Assembly: GCA_012295275.1 (NCBI GenBank)
Contig: CM022671.1
Location: 21,390,001 to 21,454,000, forward strand
Direction: 5' to 3'
Length of the DNA: 64,000 nucleotides
Origin: Chrysomallon squamiferum
Lineage: Eukaryota > Animalia > Mollusca
Position 1 is the first letter of the stretch, and every line of letters starts with the position of its first letter. The notes under the pieces were generated by a model. It saw only the letters and a program-made list of their open reading frames with translations, had not been told where the DNA came from and did no database searches. Below, piece after piece: positions 1-13,500 of the stretch. A program made the translations under genes and the position numbers.

Positions 1-495
1 ACACATAGCCTTCAGTTAATTAAAACTTTGCAAAGATAGATTCCTTAGGTAACCTCTGTGATTGGTATGAAAACGTAATTAAGTTTAACAAAAAGGATTT
101 TAAACAAGGATCATCAGAATCCACTTCTCTATTAAGCTGTAATAAGAAAATTCACATTTGCTAAATACTTAATTACCAGTGTAACAGTGACATAAATAAT
201 CACTCTAGGTGAACTGCAGTCAACTTACTGAATCAATTAATAATTATTCAAAACTGTAACAGAGATAAACCAACTATCATAGATTAGAATAATCATCTAA
301 ATATTATATATATTATTTTTTTTTTTTTTTTTTTTTTGTAAATATTCTATCAAGATAATTTTAAGAAATAACTAAAAAGAACAGTTATAACATTAATTTT
401 TGTTAATAATTGATGAAACTGAAGATTTGTATATCATTTTTTTCATTTGTTATGTGTACTTTAGCCCTTTTTACTTTATATAATAATAATAATAA

Positions 496-553
<58 letters not shown>

Positions 554-572
554 TGTGCGAACACACGCTTAC

Positions 573-1038
573 CTTTCTGGACACAGATCTTGAGTGTGGG
601 GTTAGCTGCTGAGATGTAGCACTGCTCCCATAGTCCCCAGGTATTGTGCTCTTCATTACCTGATTTCAACGTCACATCCACCCAGCCAGAAGCAGCTGCA
701 GCAATGATGACCAGTAGAACAGAAATACTGGTAAAGATTACTGCTATCAGCTGCAATTAAAGTGACATCTTCAAAGGTTGGAGGTTTTTTTTGCTACGTT
801 AAAATGCATGTGAATGAAATATCATCATTTATGCAAGTAACTATGCAGTTTGGGGTGGTGTCTTTTTGTTGAGTGTGGGGGTACTTTGTTGTCGTTATTA
901 TTTATATCATCAGGACATATTTAATATTAATATCGTTAAACTTTTTTTACAAAAACAGCAGTATATTACTTAGCATTAAAAAATAGTATACTCACCAAAC
1001 ATTTTGATTAAAACAAATGAACTAAAATAACTATTTTT

Positions 1039-1083
<45 letters not shown>

Positions 1084-1873
1084 TTTTTTATTTTTTTTTT
1101 TTTTTTTTCATTCTTTCTTTTTAAATTTTAAATTCAAGGAATTAAATAATAAAATTTCCTTTTAAGTTATATCTGTCTCTCTGATCTGAGTATGGCTGGG
1201 AATTTTACTGATTAGAAAATGGAAGCTTGCCCATAATAATTTTAATCATTCTGTTATATTAAATAATTTCACGCATGTACGTATTTAGTAACTGTAACTC
1301 AACAATGTAGGCCTAGCTTTAAAGAAACTTATTATAAAATTATATAGATATTAATAATTATAACATATTTATCATAAATCTTAATAATTCTAATAAGTCG
1401 ATGAATTTTCATTATTTAACCAAAAGTCTAATAATAACAATTAGTTTGAAGCTGATTAACCGTATTCATATATTACATAATTATAAAGATCAGTGTTGAT
1501 GTTCACACCTGCGTAGCCCATACAGGTGTTTTTGATTAAACTATTTATTCACGTCTATGTTTATCATCTCAGTAAATGTGAGACTTTAAATTACAAGTAC
1601 TATTATTATTATTAATTTAATAAAACATAAAAGGAAATAATCAGAATAATGAATAGCAGGTAATGGTATGAAATGGAATGCGCGGCAAAGACACACTGAC
1701 ATTTTGTATACATATTTTGACAGTGAGTTGTGACCTAAATATTTTCTTTTATCATTTAGATGTTAATATTATGTGCGATTGTCCATGCATCGCACAACTA
1801 TGCCAGTGTTTATTAGAATATACAAATAAATACTTACCTTTATTGGGCGATATTGTTTCTCGACTTCAGCCAT
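573..1873 (-). CDS. TMEM47/PERP/VAB-9-like tetraspan membrane protein (claudin/PMP22 superfamily), 5' part; continues beyond the window start
   Basis: Exon 1873-1838 (MAEVEKQYRPIK, donor AAG|GTAAGT) splices in phase 0 to exon 750-573 (LIAVIFTSISVLLVIIAAAASGWVDV...TWGLWEQCY...C, donor G|GTAAG). A TM helix followed by W...GLW..C...C is the claudin-family motif. RPIKLIA resembles the TMEM47 N-terminus. Confidence 0.75.
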
Positions 1874-4069
1874 TGTCAAAGTAATTGCACAACAACAATA
1901 ATCATATAATGACAATATTTATAGTTAACATTTGTCAACACACTCTCGTTTCGCCATTCTTCTATAATTGAATTTATACGCTAATCTTTTATTTCCGGTA
2001 GAAGCTAGACTATTTTCCCTACGGGATTTCGCGATTATATAAAAGAAGTGAAAGGCATTGTTGTCGTCGATTGGAACCGAATTTTTACCGTTCATAATAA
2101 AAAGTTTTAAAACAAAGTGATCGAGTTTCTTGTTTATTTTATTTTTTTTTTTTTTTTTTTTTTATTTATTTAACTAATTCTTATTATTATTATTATTATT
2201 GTCGTGGATATCACGGTGTTCTGTATTATTATTATTGTTTATTATTATTACTATTATTTTACACCTATTTTTCGATACATAAAGAATAAAACAAACAAAC
2301 AAAAAATAGAAGAAAAGAAAGAAAAATATTGACAGTGGCTGCTTCATTTTTGTCCTAGCTCTTATAACTCTTCAATAAAAATTATGAAAGCAGAGCAAAA
2401 AGAATTGTTAATACCATTATTTTAAGTTATATAAATCAGTAGAAGTTCAGAAAAATAAACAATATAAATTTAATAAAATATAGACAGATAGTTAGATGGA
2501 TGAATAGATATAGCTAGTGGCGGTATTCTAAAATCCCTTTGATCTGTGGTATAAGGCTTAGTGTTAAGTGCTGCTAAATTACAACAGATCTATGAATCAG
2601 GTATCCTTAAACTATTTCCCTCACATGGTTTATCAGCAACATAGTTTGCCATTTGTTGTTAGTGGAAAAGATTGTTAAAAAGATAATTTGATGTTTATCC
2701 TTTACAACAGACTTTTAATTTGATGCAGTAGTAATTTTCAACATATCAATTTATTTTTTAAATTGTTTGCTATTTACTATATTCAGTTTAAAAAAACAAA
2801 TACATTTTACAGTTTGGAATAAAACAAGCATGAACATACTGTGAACCCTGTTTTACTACTTTATTTTATTTATTTTTTTTTCTTCCACGAATCATTAACT
2901 TCATGATTTGATTTCAGAAAACTTGATGTAATATGTATATAGAGTTCAGTTAATTATAACTGAACAGAAACAACATTACAAATGTGAATGACAGACAAAT
3001 GATTTATTTTCTCCTTGTCAGATACTAACAATATTGAACCGGACTATTTCTTCTTATTATTTCTTTGATTGGACAACAGCTTCCAACAAGCTTAATACAA
3101 ACATTCTTGTAACAGTAATGACATGTTAAGTTACATCAGTGACATTTTTGCATGATAAATAAATATCCAGTCTTACACATACATCACCATTCAAACTATC
3201 ATATACAAATATATATTTCTTAGAACAACTATTTATAACTTCAATAAATTTAGATTGCCTTGCATTTAATTATGAAATATATTTTGATAATTTTATTGCA
3301 TGGATAGGAAATTAATATAATAATAATAATAATAATAGAATTATCATTGTAATTATAATTATGGTATTATTAATAATGAAGAAAATAATGTAATAATAAT
3401 ACCAATAATAATAATAATAAACTAAAACAGATTTTAAAAAGTGTCTGAATTAACAGTTTACAGATGTTTGTAATTTTAAGTAGAAAATAGAATACTGTCT
3501 AACTACAAGTAGTCAATAATGACTGGTTTGCATACGTATGTAAACATGACAAACAATGAAATGAAAGCAACTACCAGCATAGTTAACATTCAGCCACAAC
3601 TGAAAACACTGATTTGATGAAGGATTAATACATAAATGAATCTTGATTGTCCAAATATGCTTGATGACTAAGAATAGAATCTTGTACCAGTATTCAGAAA
3701 AGTCTTTAAAATAATGCATTCTTAACTAAGGCAGTCACTTTGTAAATTTTTACTTGAAATACTTAACAATTTTTTTTTTTTTCATTTGTGATTTCAGTAA
3801 ATATTCATTCTTCATTTTGTACATTTTTACTTGTTTCTTACTAAAAATAATTTCCTATTTTTGTTCTTTTATTTCTGTTTATTATCTTTGTGTTGGCATC
3901 AAGTAGCTACATGCTTTCTCTGATCTGTGATCTGGTGTGTTATTAAGTTGTTACTGATTTTACATAAAAATGGATGGTGAAATAAGCAGATCTTGATAAA
4001 GATTTGTTTCATATGAGACAGATACTGATAATTATCAGATAAAAACAAGCACATTAACATAGTAGAAAA

Positions 4070-4490
4070 CCTCAACCTATTGTAAAGACAAAATTTTGTT
4101 TAAAACTAAATTACCAATCTTCAACAGGCTTTAAGCCAACATTTGCTTGAACCAAATTTTCAAGACATATTGAAAGCCTCAAGCCAAGATTTCCCAGAAT
4201 GTAAATTATAAAGAAACCTACTGAGAACAGTGAACCTAAATTACTTGATCTCAACAGACCACGAGCAAAGTTTTGCTTGAAATTAAATTTCGAACTGTCA
4301 GTAGTCTTTAAAACAATTTGAACAGGCCAAAACGCAAATTTTTTCTGGGAACTAAATTTCAATACTTCATGCTAATTTTTTGCTTCAACAATGACATCAC
4401 TTGAACATAAATTATTACAAGTCCTCAACAGACTAAAGGCCAGGTTTTGCTGGAAATTAAATTTCAAATCTTCAGGAGTCTAATTTTTAA
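4070..4490. repeat. Degenerate tandem repeat in the BRE1 3' UTR
   Basis: Recurring unit resembling (C)TCAACAG.....AAG..A..TTTTGCT.GAAATTAAATTTC at ~4071, 4121, 4250, 4320 and 4424. Confidence 0.55.
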
Positions 4491-4528
4491 TGGAATATAA
4501 AGTACAAGTCTTCAGTACAAGTTTTTAT

Positions 4529-7500
4529 TCATCCAATGTAAAGTCTGTGAAAGTCATTGGCTCCAAAACCAGCATTGCACTTGGGACACTTTCTCTGTCT
4601 GGTTTCGTATCGCGTCCGCAAACACTCGAGACAAAACACATGAAAACACTTGGTTAGCACAGCATCCTTCTTGTTCACTTTACAAGACGGACAGGTAAGT
4701 TGTTCCTGTGAAAGAAATTTCTAAATTAAATTTAGCTGATAAAATACATTAAAAAAATAGTAATAATAATCATAATCTAAATAACAATTAAATAAAATAA
4801 TAATAAAAGAAAGAAAATTCTAACATGTTTTGAATGCAGAAATGTATTATAAAATATAAAATAATGATAAGAAATGTTAATCTGTAATACATTTCTTAAA
4901 AGAGACAGATGCAGAACAAAAATGAGATTGGATGCTGTGTTTATTTCTGAACAATATATCTCACCAAATATAATATTAAAACTTTAAAGAACAATCACAA
5001 AAATGCAAAAAAAAAAGAATCTGCAGAAAGGTATGTCAACTGCTACATATATGAAAATCTATGTTTAAAGAAGAATTAATTAATTTATTAAATGAATGAA
5101 CAATTATATTTTAAAATATTTTTTTTACATATTTGAAAAAAAAATATGTTTTGTTGTTTACCTTGTATTCTTTAATTTCCTCCAAAAGTACTTCATCTGC
5201 AGCTCCAGCCATTTCTATCTTTTTACTTCTTTCCAATTTGCGCATTAACTTGGCTAATTCCTCCTAAAATGTACCCACACTCACCATTACATTATATCAT
5301 TAAATGAACCAATCAGAGGTACAATATTATCCTTTAAAACCATGTGAAATACACATATCTGTAATAATTTGAAATTTATTTGATTTTGTTTTCAATACAA
5401 AAGAAGCAAAAATGTAATTCTAATTTTTATAAAATAAAATTATTTTTGAAGAATTACATATCATATATATCCAAACATGTCCCATGTTAAATTTTATAGC
5501 AATATATTTCTCAACAGACTAGACTTAAATTTTCCGAATTAATATGTGTGTCCTTCAAATTACCAGAAATATATTTATATATATATATCACAATGTACCT
5601 GAGTTCTCTTGTATTTGTAGGATTCCTGTTCAATGGACCCAGTCTTGTCAGCTACTGCTACTTGAGCTTCTTTCAGCTGAGCCTGGTACTTGTCAAGGTG
5701 AAGTTTCAAGTCGGCTGCTGTCTGGGAACTCTCCACAGCTTTACGTTTATACATGTCCATCGCCTGCTGAGTGAGACTGTGAAAAAACAGTCAAAATAAA
5801 TGAAAACAGCATTACTGTATTGTAAACAATAATCTAGACTGAAACAGAGAACACCAAATAAATCCATACAGTGTTGAATGTATAGGAAAAGGAAATAATA
5901 CAGCCATCTACTAAAACTGAACTTTATTTTGACTAAAGTTAATCTATTTTCACATATAAACAATAGTGACACACACATACATTCACTTATTCTTTCTCTC
6001 TCTCAAATTTCTGATTAGTGTTTATTTTTCTTAAAACTGACAAGTTTGTTATGTAACTGAAAATCACAAACCTCAGTTCTTTCTCTAAAGCTGACAAGTT
6101 GTTTTGCAAGATTCTTTCTTTCTCCTCCAGTTTTCTGACCACCAGGTTCTGTGCATCAACCTGGAACTGCAGTGTGGCCACCTGATCCACCAGAATGTCT
6201 TTTTCTTCTCTCAGCAACTTGTGTATCTGATTGGATTTAATCCTCTGTAATATGTAAAAAGGAAACCAAATAATAACCTATAGAAAGTCAAGTTAATATC
6301 CCCAGTAATAATGTTGCATGTATTCTTTGTGTAGGATTATAGCAAAAAATTCTAAATTCAAATCTATGTAAAGAAACAGTCTGTTTTTTTTTCTTTTGTG
6401 ACCACATAAAGCTTTTCAATCACCGAACCCATAAAAACTATACAGATGTATAAAATTTAGTACCACAAAATATTGATTACATATTTAAGTCAGAAGGTCT
6501 AATGCAAAAATTTCTTTTCCATCTATACATAAAAATAATCTAAATATTGCAAAACAGCACACCATCAGAACAATACTGCTATTTCTCGAACTATAGGAAA
6601 TGTAAAGTGGTAACAATAGTAATGATGGTCATGTACTGTTATGGAGTTACTTTTAAAATATTATAAATTTTATAAGATTTTATATATTTTGTTTGATCTG
6701 AAATTATTATGATTTATTAGTACTATTATTATTATTATTATTATCATTTACCCTTCTTTAAAGCAACTGCTAACAAAATACTGAGTAAATATTTTGTATT
6801 AAAACTTTTCATAATTCAGTATGCACTACAAACCAACCTCTGACATTAGTTTAAAGTTTGCATCATCTTTCTCTCTTAGCTGTTGTAGTAGTCGAGTGTT
6901 CTGTTCTTGCATATCCTCAAAAGCTTGTCCTGTCACTTCAAGATCATTTAACAGTGCTTCTTCTCTCTGAGTAAAAATGTAAAAATATTAATAGTTTAAC
7001 ACTAAAAAGGGAAAAGGAACTAACACAAATGGATGGAAATCTATAAAACTTTCAAGTTCCAATCATTATATTAAACTTCAGATATTTTTTTTTTTTTTTT
7101 TAAGAAATTATCTGAATGACAAATAGTTATTTCACCCAAAGCCAGAAATGCACTGTCATTCATGATGATTCTCTCTCTTATTTTTTTCTAACATATAAAT
7201 GCAGTTGTTAGTAAACAGATGTTTTCACACACATTAACACACACTATGTAATATACATTTAATAAAGTAAAGTGTTATTTTTCACCTGTTTCTGTGCTGT
7301 TAAATGTTTCTGCAAGTCTGCAATGACCTCATCGTTCCTTTTTATCTTCTTAATGGCATCATCCTCTGCCAGTTTCCTTCGATCTTTTCTTTCGGCTTCC
7401 TGCATTTTCTTGATGTGGTTTTTCAGTTCTTCTATCTCTTGTTTAGCTTTTCTCTCACTAGCCATTAACTGGATTAAAATAAAAAAATAAAAAAATGACA

Positions 7501-10500
7501 CCCAGAAATTAAAACAACAAACTATAAGATATTTAGACCACAACAATGAGTTTAAATACTGCAAATACATGGTTATGCAAGAGTAAAAGAAACAAAAATT
7601 TGGCACTTTAATATTATTTTATATGTTGTTATTGTTGCTGTTATTTTTCTGTTTGCTTAATTGATTGAATTCACACAAAAATTTTGAGATTACCATCACT
7701 TTGTCTCTCTGCTCTTTGGGAGCACTTTTGTACATATCCAAAAGCAATTTCAGCTCCTTCTGACTATCTTGAGCCTTCCTGCAACAAAAATAATAAAACT
7801 GTATTTCCTAATGTATCTGTTCCACAGTCAGTTATAATTATATTAATGACTGGTACCAGAGGCACTGTCTTTTTACCCACTTCCTTTTCCTCTGCTTCCA
7901 TTCCTTTTATTTATTTAACTATTTTAAATCTGTTCTTCTCTCAAAAACAATAATAATAAATTAAATAAATGATGATGATAATGATGTAATATGATTATAA
8001 TGATAATGATAGAATATAAATGTGTCAATTCAAATTATACTCAATTCAGTTGTGCTATAAAAATAAAAAGAACAAGAACAAGAACAAGAACAAGAACAAG
8101 AACAAGAACAAGAACAAGAACAAGAGCAAGAAATATGAGTAACAAAATATAAATGTGTGAATTCAGACTTACTTCAGCTGTGCTCTAAGTTCCCTAACAA
8201 CATCACTTTCTATCCTTCCTTTATCCTTGTGTTCAAAATCATCACCTTCGTCTCTGTCTTTCACCACAATCACCTCAGCCTCTGCTGCCTTCGGTGTCAC
8301 CTGTACTGGAGTGGAAACCACAGCTTCTTCTTTCACTTCTTTGGCATCTGAAGATGATGATGGTGTGAATGATGCAGACGATGTAGATGATGCAGCTCCT
8401 TCTGCTTTCAACTGTAAATGAACACTAAAGAATCAGTATCTGTTACAATAAAGTACACATCAGGTTTTTTTTTCTAACAATTTCACTACCAAGATGGGTA
8501 CTGCCAATTAAATATAAAAACTGTAATTATGGTAAAAGTAGATGATTCAGAGGCACCATACTATAGTAAAAACATAATATGATAGTTCAGTGATTTTGTT
8601 TTAATTCAATACAATGTGACCAATGAAGCTATCATTTTAGGTGTGAATGAAGTACAATTGTTTACTGCTATACCATTCACTAAAAATTTTCAAGAGAACA
8701 ATGCCAACAAAATTATGTACCCAATAAAGAATACATTATTGTAAAAAAAATAGGATGAAATGGTTTTGCATTCAGTATGCCAGTTCTTAAATTCACCAAA
8801 AGATCCACATTTTATTAAAATTAAGAAAACTCAAATCAATCTAATGAAAAAATTAATATTGTCTTTGCTGATGTGTTTTATTCTAATTTACCTTGGCAAT
8901 ATCTGCTTGTGCTTCTTTCAACCTTCTCTTGTACCTGCCTGATTCCATTTTCAGCTGCTGGTTATGGTTTTGTAGACTCTGAATGAGATTCCTCATTTCT
9001 CGATTAATGGTCCCTAAAAAACCCACAAAAAAACACAATATTTAATTAAATTAGTTATGTACAATTACATACACACTGCTCTGCAAGTATTATCCATATA
9101 ATGCAACTATTACCAATTTTTCATAATTTTCGTAAATTTTCAAAAACAAATTAATAAAACAGGGCAGAAATTTGGATCTAATTATTTGAAATATCCAACA
9201 CACTTTTTTCACTGATATTTAGTTTCTGTTTATCCATATTATTTTGTATTTTTTCTGTAAATGGAGAGATAAATAATTGTTTGATTTAGTATTTATGTAA
9301 AACCAGTTATTAATATTATTTCAGTGGTTGTTTATTAGTGTTTTAGACATTAATAAAACTCAGTAATGAATAAACTCACCTGTCTGTTCATTGGCAGCTA
9401 AGGTTTGTTCAAATTCTATTCTCAACATTTCATATTCCTTCCGCACCTGAGCAAGCATATCCTCCAGCTGAATAATTTCTGATCGTAACTTCTTCTGACA
9501 GAGTAGCTCATCACTCTGTAAAACCAGTAACATGTAACAGTAATACAACAACACATCAGTAATATATAACAATAACATATTAGTAACGGGTAACGATAAC
9601 AGATCAGTAACATAAAACAATAACAAATCAATAACATAAAACAATAACAAATCAGTAACACATAACAATAATACAACAGCATCAGTAGTTATTTTCTATA
9701 ATCTTTCAGTAATAAACTAAAACCAGTATTTTTCATGAATGTCAAAGTAAAGGTAAAGGACACCTTCCACCTTTTCCCTACACATCAATTTTTCAACAAA
9801 GAAAAATGCAAGATTTTAACATTACAAATTTATGTTCAGTTGCATTTCATGGATTACATATGAAATCTATTACCATATCAGGCATGATCTACACCTTTAT
9901 CACCATATCAATAAAAATCATTTTTATTACGCAAAATATCATAAATGGGAATATCAAATTGTGCTAAAAAAAAACAAAAAAAGAAACATTTTCATGAAAT
10001 ATGGAATATTTTCTGTCTGTTCTACTACATGTTACCAAAACAAGATGCAAATTTATTAACACAATTTCAAAAAAAACTGTTACGAGGCATCATCAGTAAT
10101 CTAAAATCTCCCCATTTAAAGTACTTACTTGAATTACATAAAACATTACAAATTGAATATTAGATTTTATCGCTATCCCTTATTAATTTTGACTCTGAAA
10201 AAACTTTGTATGTTTGAAATGTGGAGTATATTTTAGTTTTCTCTGTTCTAATAACAGCTACCAAAAAAAATGCAAATTGTTTTCATACTACAAAGTGTGA
10301 AATATAAAATGTATCTGACCTCCATCTGTTCTATATGTCTGAGGTGAGTGTTCTTGGTGTTCTGAAGCTGACTGCGAGCCTCTTCAAGCTGGGTTTTCAT
10401 TGTCAGACTCTCATTGTACAACACAGAGAACTTCGACTGAAGACATTTGTACTCGGTAGTTTCCACAATTACTGACTCGGGCAAGTGAAGCAGCTATTAA

Positions 10501-13500
10501 TAATATATAAGATAACTTGTACAAATAGGTCTAATAAATATACCTGGATCTAGAATGGTAAAGATATCCATATAAACAACTTTTTTCTTTTTTTTTAAAT
10601 TATTTTTTTAAGGCAGATTTTAGTCATGAGATTTTACAGACATATACCTAGATATACACTCATACACACACAGGAATGAAATACATGTTTACATCAAGTT
10701 AAATGAAAATTATTAATGCATGTCTATAATACTGAAATTAAAAAACTAACATCCATTTTCAGTTTCTCTACTTCTTTCTTTGCTTCCTGATGGTCTCTGT
10801 TCATTTTCTCTAATTCTGTTAAACGATTTGCTGCCAGCTCTCGAAGTTCCTCCAATTCAGAAAATACCTCATCAAGCTATAACAAGAAAGAAAGAAGATA
10901 AATAAATAAATAAATAAATGTAAAGAATAAGAGAAGAAGTTTCAGATATCTCACAAAGTATTAAAATGAAAGTAATAAACTTCTGATATGTCAAAAACAG
11001 AACAAGTCATGTGCCATTTACATGTAATACAAGTAAAAGATTTTAGATTTCATTAAATAAAACAGGCTTAAAGAAACTGTCATTGTGACTGTGAAATATA
11101 GTTTTAACATGCAATTTTTTTTAATTTTTTTTTTGACATTATTTAATATACTAAACTGTTAAAAAACAAAATGGCAATTCAGAAAATTAGGATCTCTCCA
11201 TAAATAATAAAGGAAATTGAATTCAACTATCAGCTATGTTAGGAAAATATTTAGAAATATATAATCTTGAAAAACAAAAATTAAAGAAAATAAATATATA
11301 TATATATTATTTTGTTTACCCTGGTTCCTCCTATGCTTTTTACACCTTCCACTCTGATAGCTCCTGTTGTTTCTTTGTAAGTTCTAATTGTGTTGTAGGC
11401 ATCTGCAAGCAAGCGATCAAGTTTATCACATCTCTGATCAGCTTTCTCATACTGGTACTGCAAGTCATCCAGCTCATTTTTTAATTCAGCAATCTCTGTC
11501 TCTGTGGATGTTACTTTGTCCTGTAGCTGAGAAATCTACAAGTAAGAACCAATTAGGTTTAGTTACAGAAGAAATAACTGGAAAATATAAAAGGTGTTTG
11601 CAGTGAATAATAGTCTGTTAAAAAATTATGTAACAAATTATATCATCTAACTGAAAAAGAAAAAGGGAAGAAAATAAATTATAACACACTCAGTGGTGTG
11701 AAACAAAATTCAAATCTGCTAAAATTCCAAAATAAAGTCATTGTTAAATAACTGCTGTGCACTTCTTTAACAAAATAATTTAACTACAACAAATATGTCA
11801 AGTTTATCATGAGAGGTACCTTTTTTTTTTTTTTTTTACTGTCTTCAATAAGACAGTCAAAAATCTGTGATTTTATAATATGCTGAGAATATGTAAAACT
11901 GAAAAAAGAAAGCCTCACTATTTAACATGCTTTTATTTTGTGTTAAAATTTCAAGTTCTCACCCGCAGTGTGTGGTCGTGGTGTCTCTGGTGCAGCTGTG
12001 TGACTAGGTTGTGCATTTGTTTGTTTTCTTTACGTAAATCAGACAATTCATTCTTCACTACATCCTCAACTTCTGCCAGTTTAGTGTGTAATTCGTCCTT
12101 CTCTTCATCCTTCTTCTCCTCCCCTCCTTCTTCCTCTTCTAAAACAAGTGAAAAAGAAAAATTAGATTTACATTCATTTTACTACAACATATCTATGGTA
12201 GGTCTTACATACATGATGAACTCTGTCCATTAGTATGAGCTGAAAGTTATCAGTATCACATATAATTGTTAATTTTGATTCTCTTAAAGGAAAACATGAT
12301 CTAAGATGATAAACAGAAGCTTCGAGACAAGTGCAGTAATGCACAATTTGTAATAATGTAGCAGTATCAGTGATAAACAACATTTCAGATATGTGCCAAA
12401 AATATTATAATATTCTAACTGTGAAAAAATATACCCCAGTTAATATCATAGTAACATTTTAATATATATGTATATACAGTTCCTTGGGAGAATTTTCCTA
12501 TTCACTCAGAATATCTTAGATCAGATTACAGTATAAAATGTAAAAATATTAAACGTGCCTTTTCAAAAGTACAGGCCAGCTGTAAGTATACCTTTTTTCT
12601 CATCTTCATTATTTTCTTCTTTCTTCACCGTAGCATCCTGGCCAGATTTTAAAGCCTGTCCTAACAAGTCTTCTTTCTCTTTTTCTGCTTTGTTTTCCAG
12701 TGCTTTGTGTAACTTCTCATTGCGCTGTAACATTCGATCAAACGCCTGCAGCAGTTTGCCTATTGCACGTTTTGAAAACTCCACCCTCTGTCCCAGAGTT
12801 TCCTCCAATTCCTGTTTGTCCCATGTCGACAGCATGGCCAGAAATGAAGTCGTTTCATTGCTTTCATCTGTTATGTACAACAACATAGAAATTTTTTATA
12901 ACATTAATTTATATAATGATAACAGCAAAATCTAATGTCTTGAAGTTGTTCATTGCTTTCATATGTTATGCATAATGAAATGAAATTTTTTATAACATAA
13001 ATTTATATAATGATAACAACAAAATCTAATATCTTGAAGTTGTTCATTGCTTTCATATGTTATGCATAATGAAATGAAATTTTTTATAACATAAATTTAT
13101 ATAATGATAACAACAAAATCTAATATCTTGAAGAAATGAAGTTGTTTCATTGCTTTCATCTCTTAAGGTATAACAAAAGGAAATTTTTTTACAACTTGAA
13201 TGTATATAATGATAATAAAGCAAAATTTAACATCTTGAAGAAATGAAGATATTTCACTGCTTTCATCTGTTATGAAATGAATGTATATATATTAATAGTA
13301 AAATGTCACATCTAGAAAAATAAATCTGAAATATATTTACTTTAGAACTACATTTTTCAAAAATCAATAATAAATAAAAAATGTCTCTATAAAAAAATAA
13401 CAACAGTAAAAACTAAATGGAATATACAAGAACATTTAATTTGAATATTCAATGTGCCAAATATAGAACAACTGATTAAATTTAAAAAAATTTAATCTCA

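Noticed and set aside
4111-4362. 83-aa ORF downstream of BRE1 as a second cistron
   Set aside because: It has a non-ATG start and lies within the degenerate 3' UTR tandem repeat, with no recognisable protein features.
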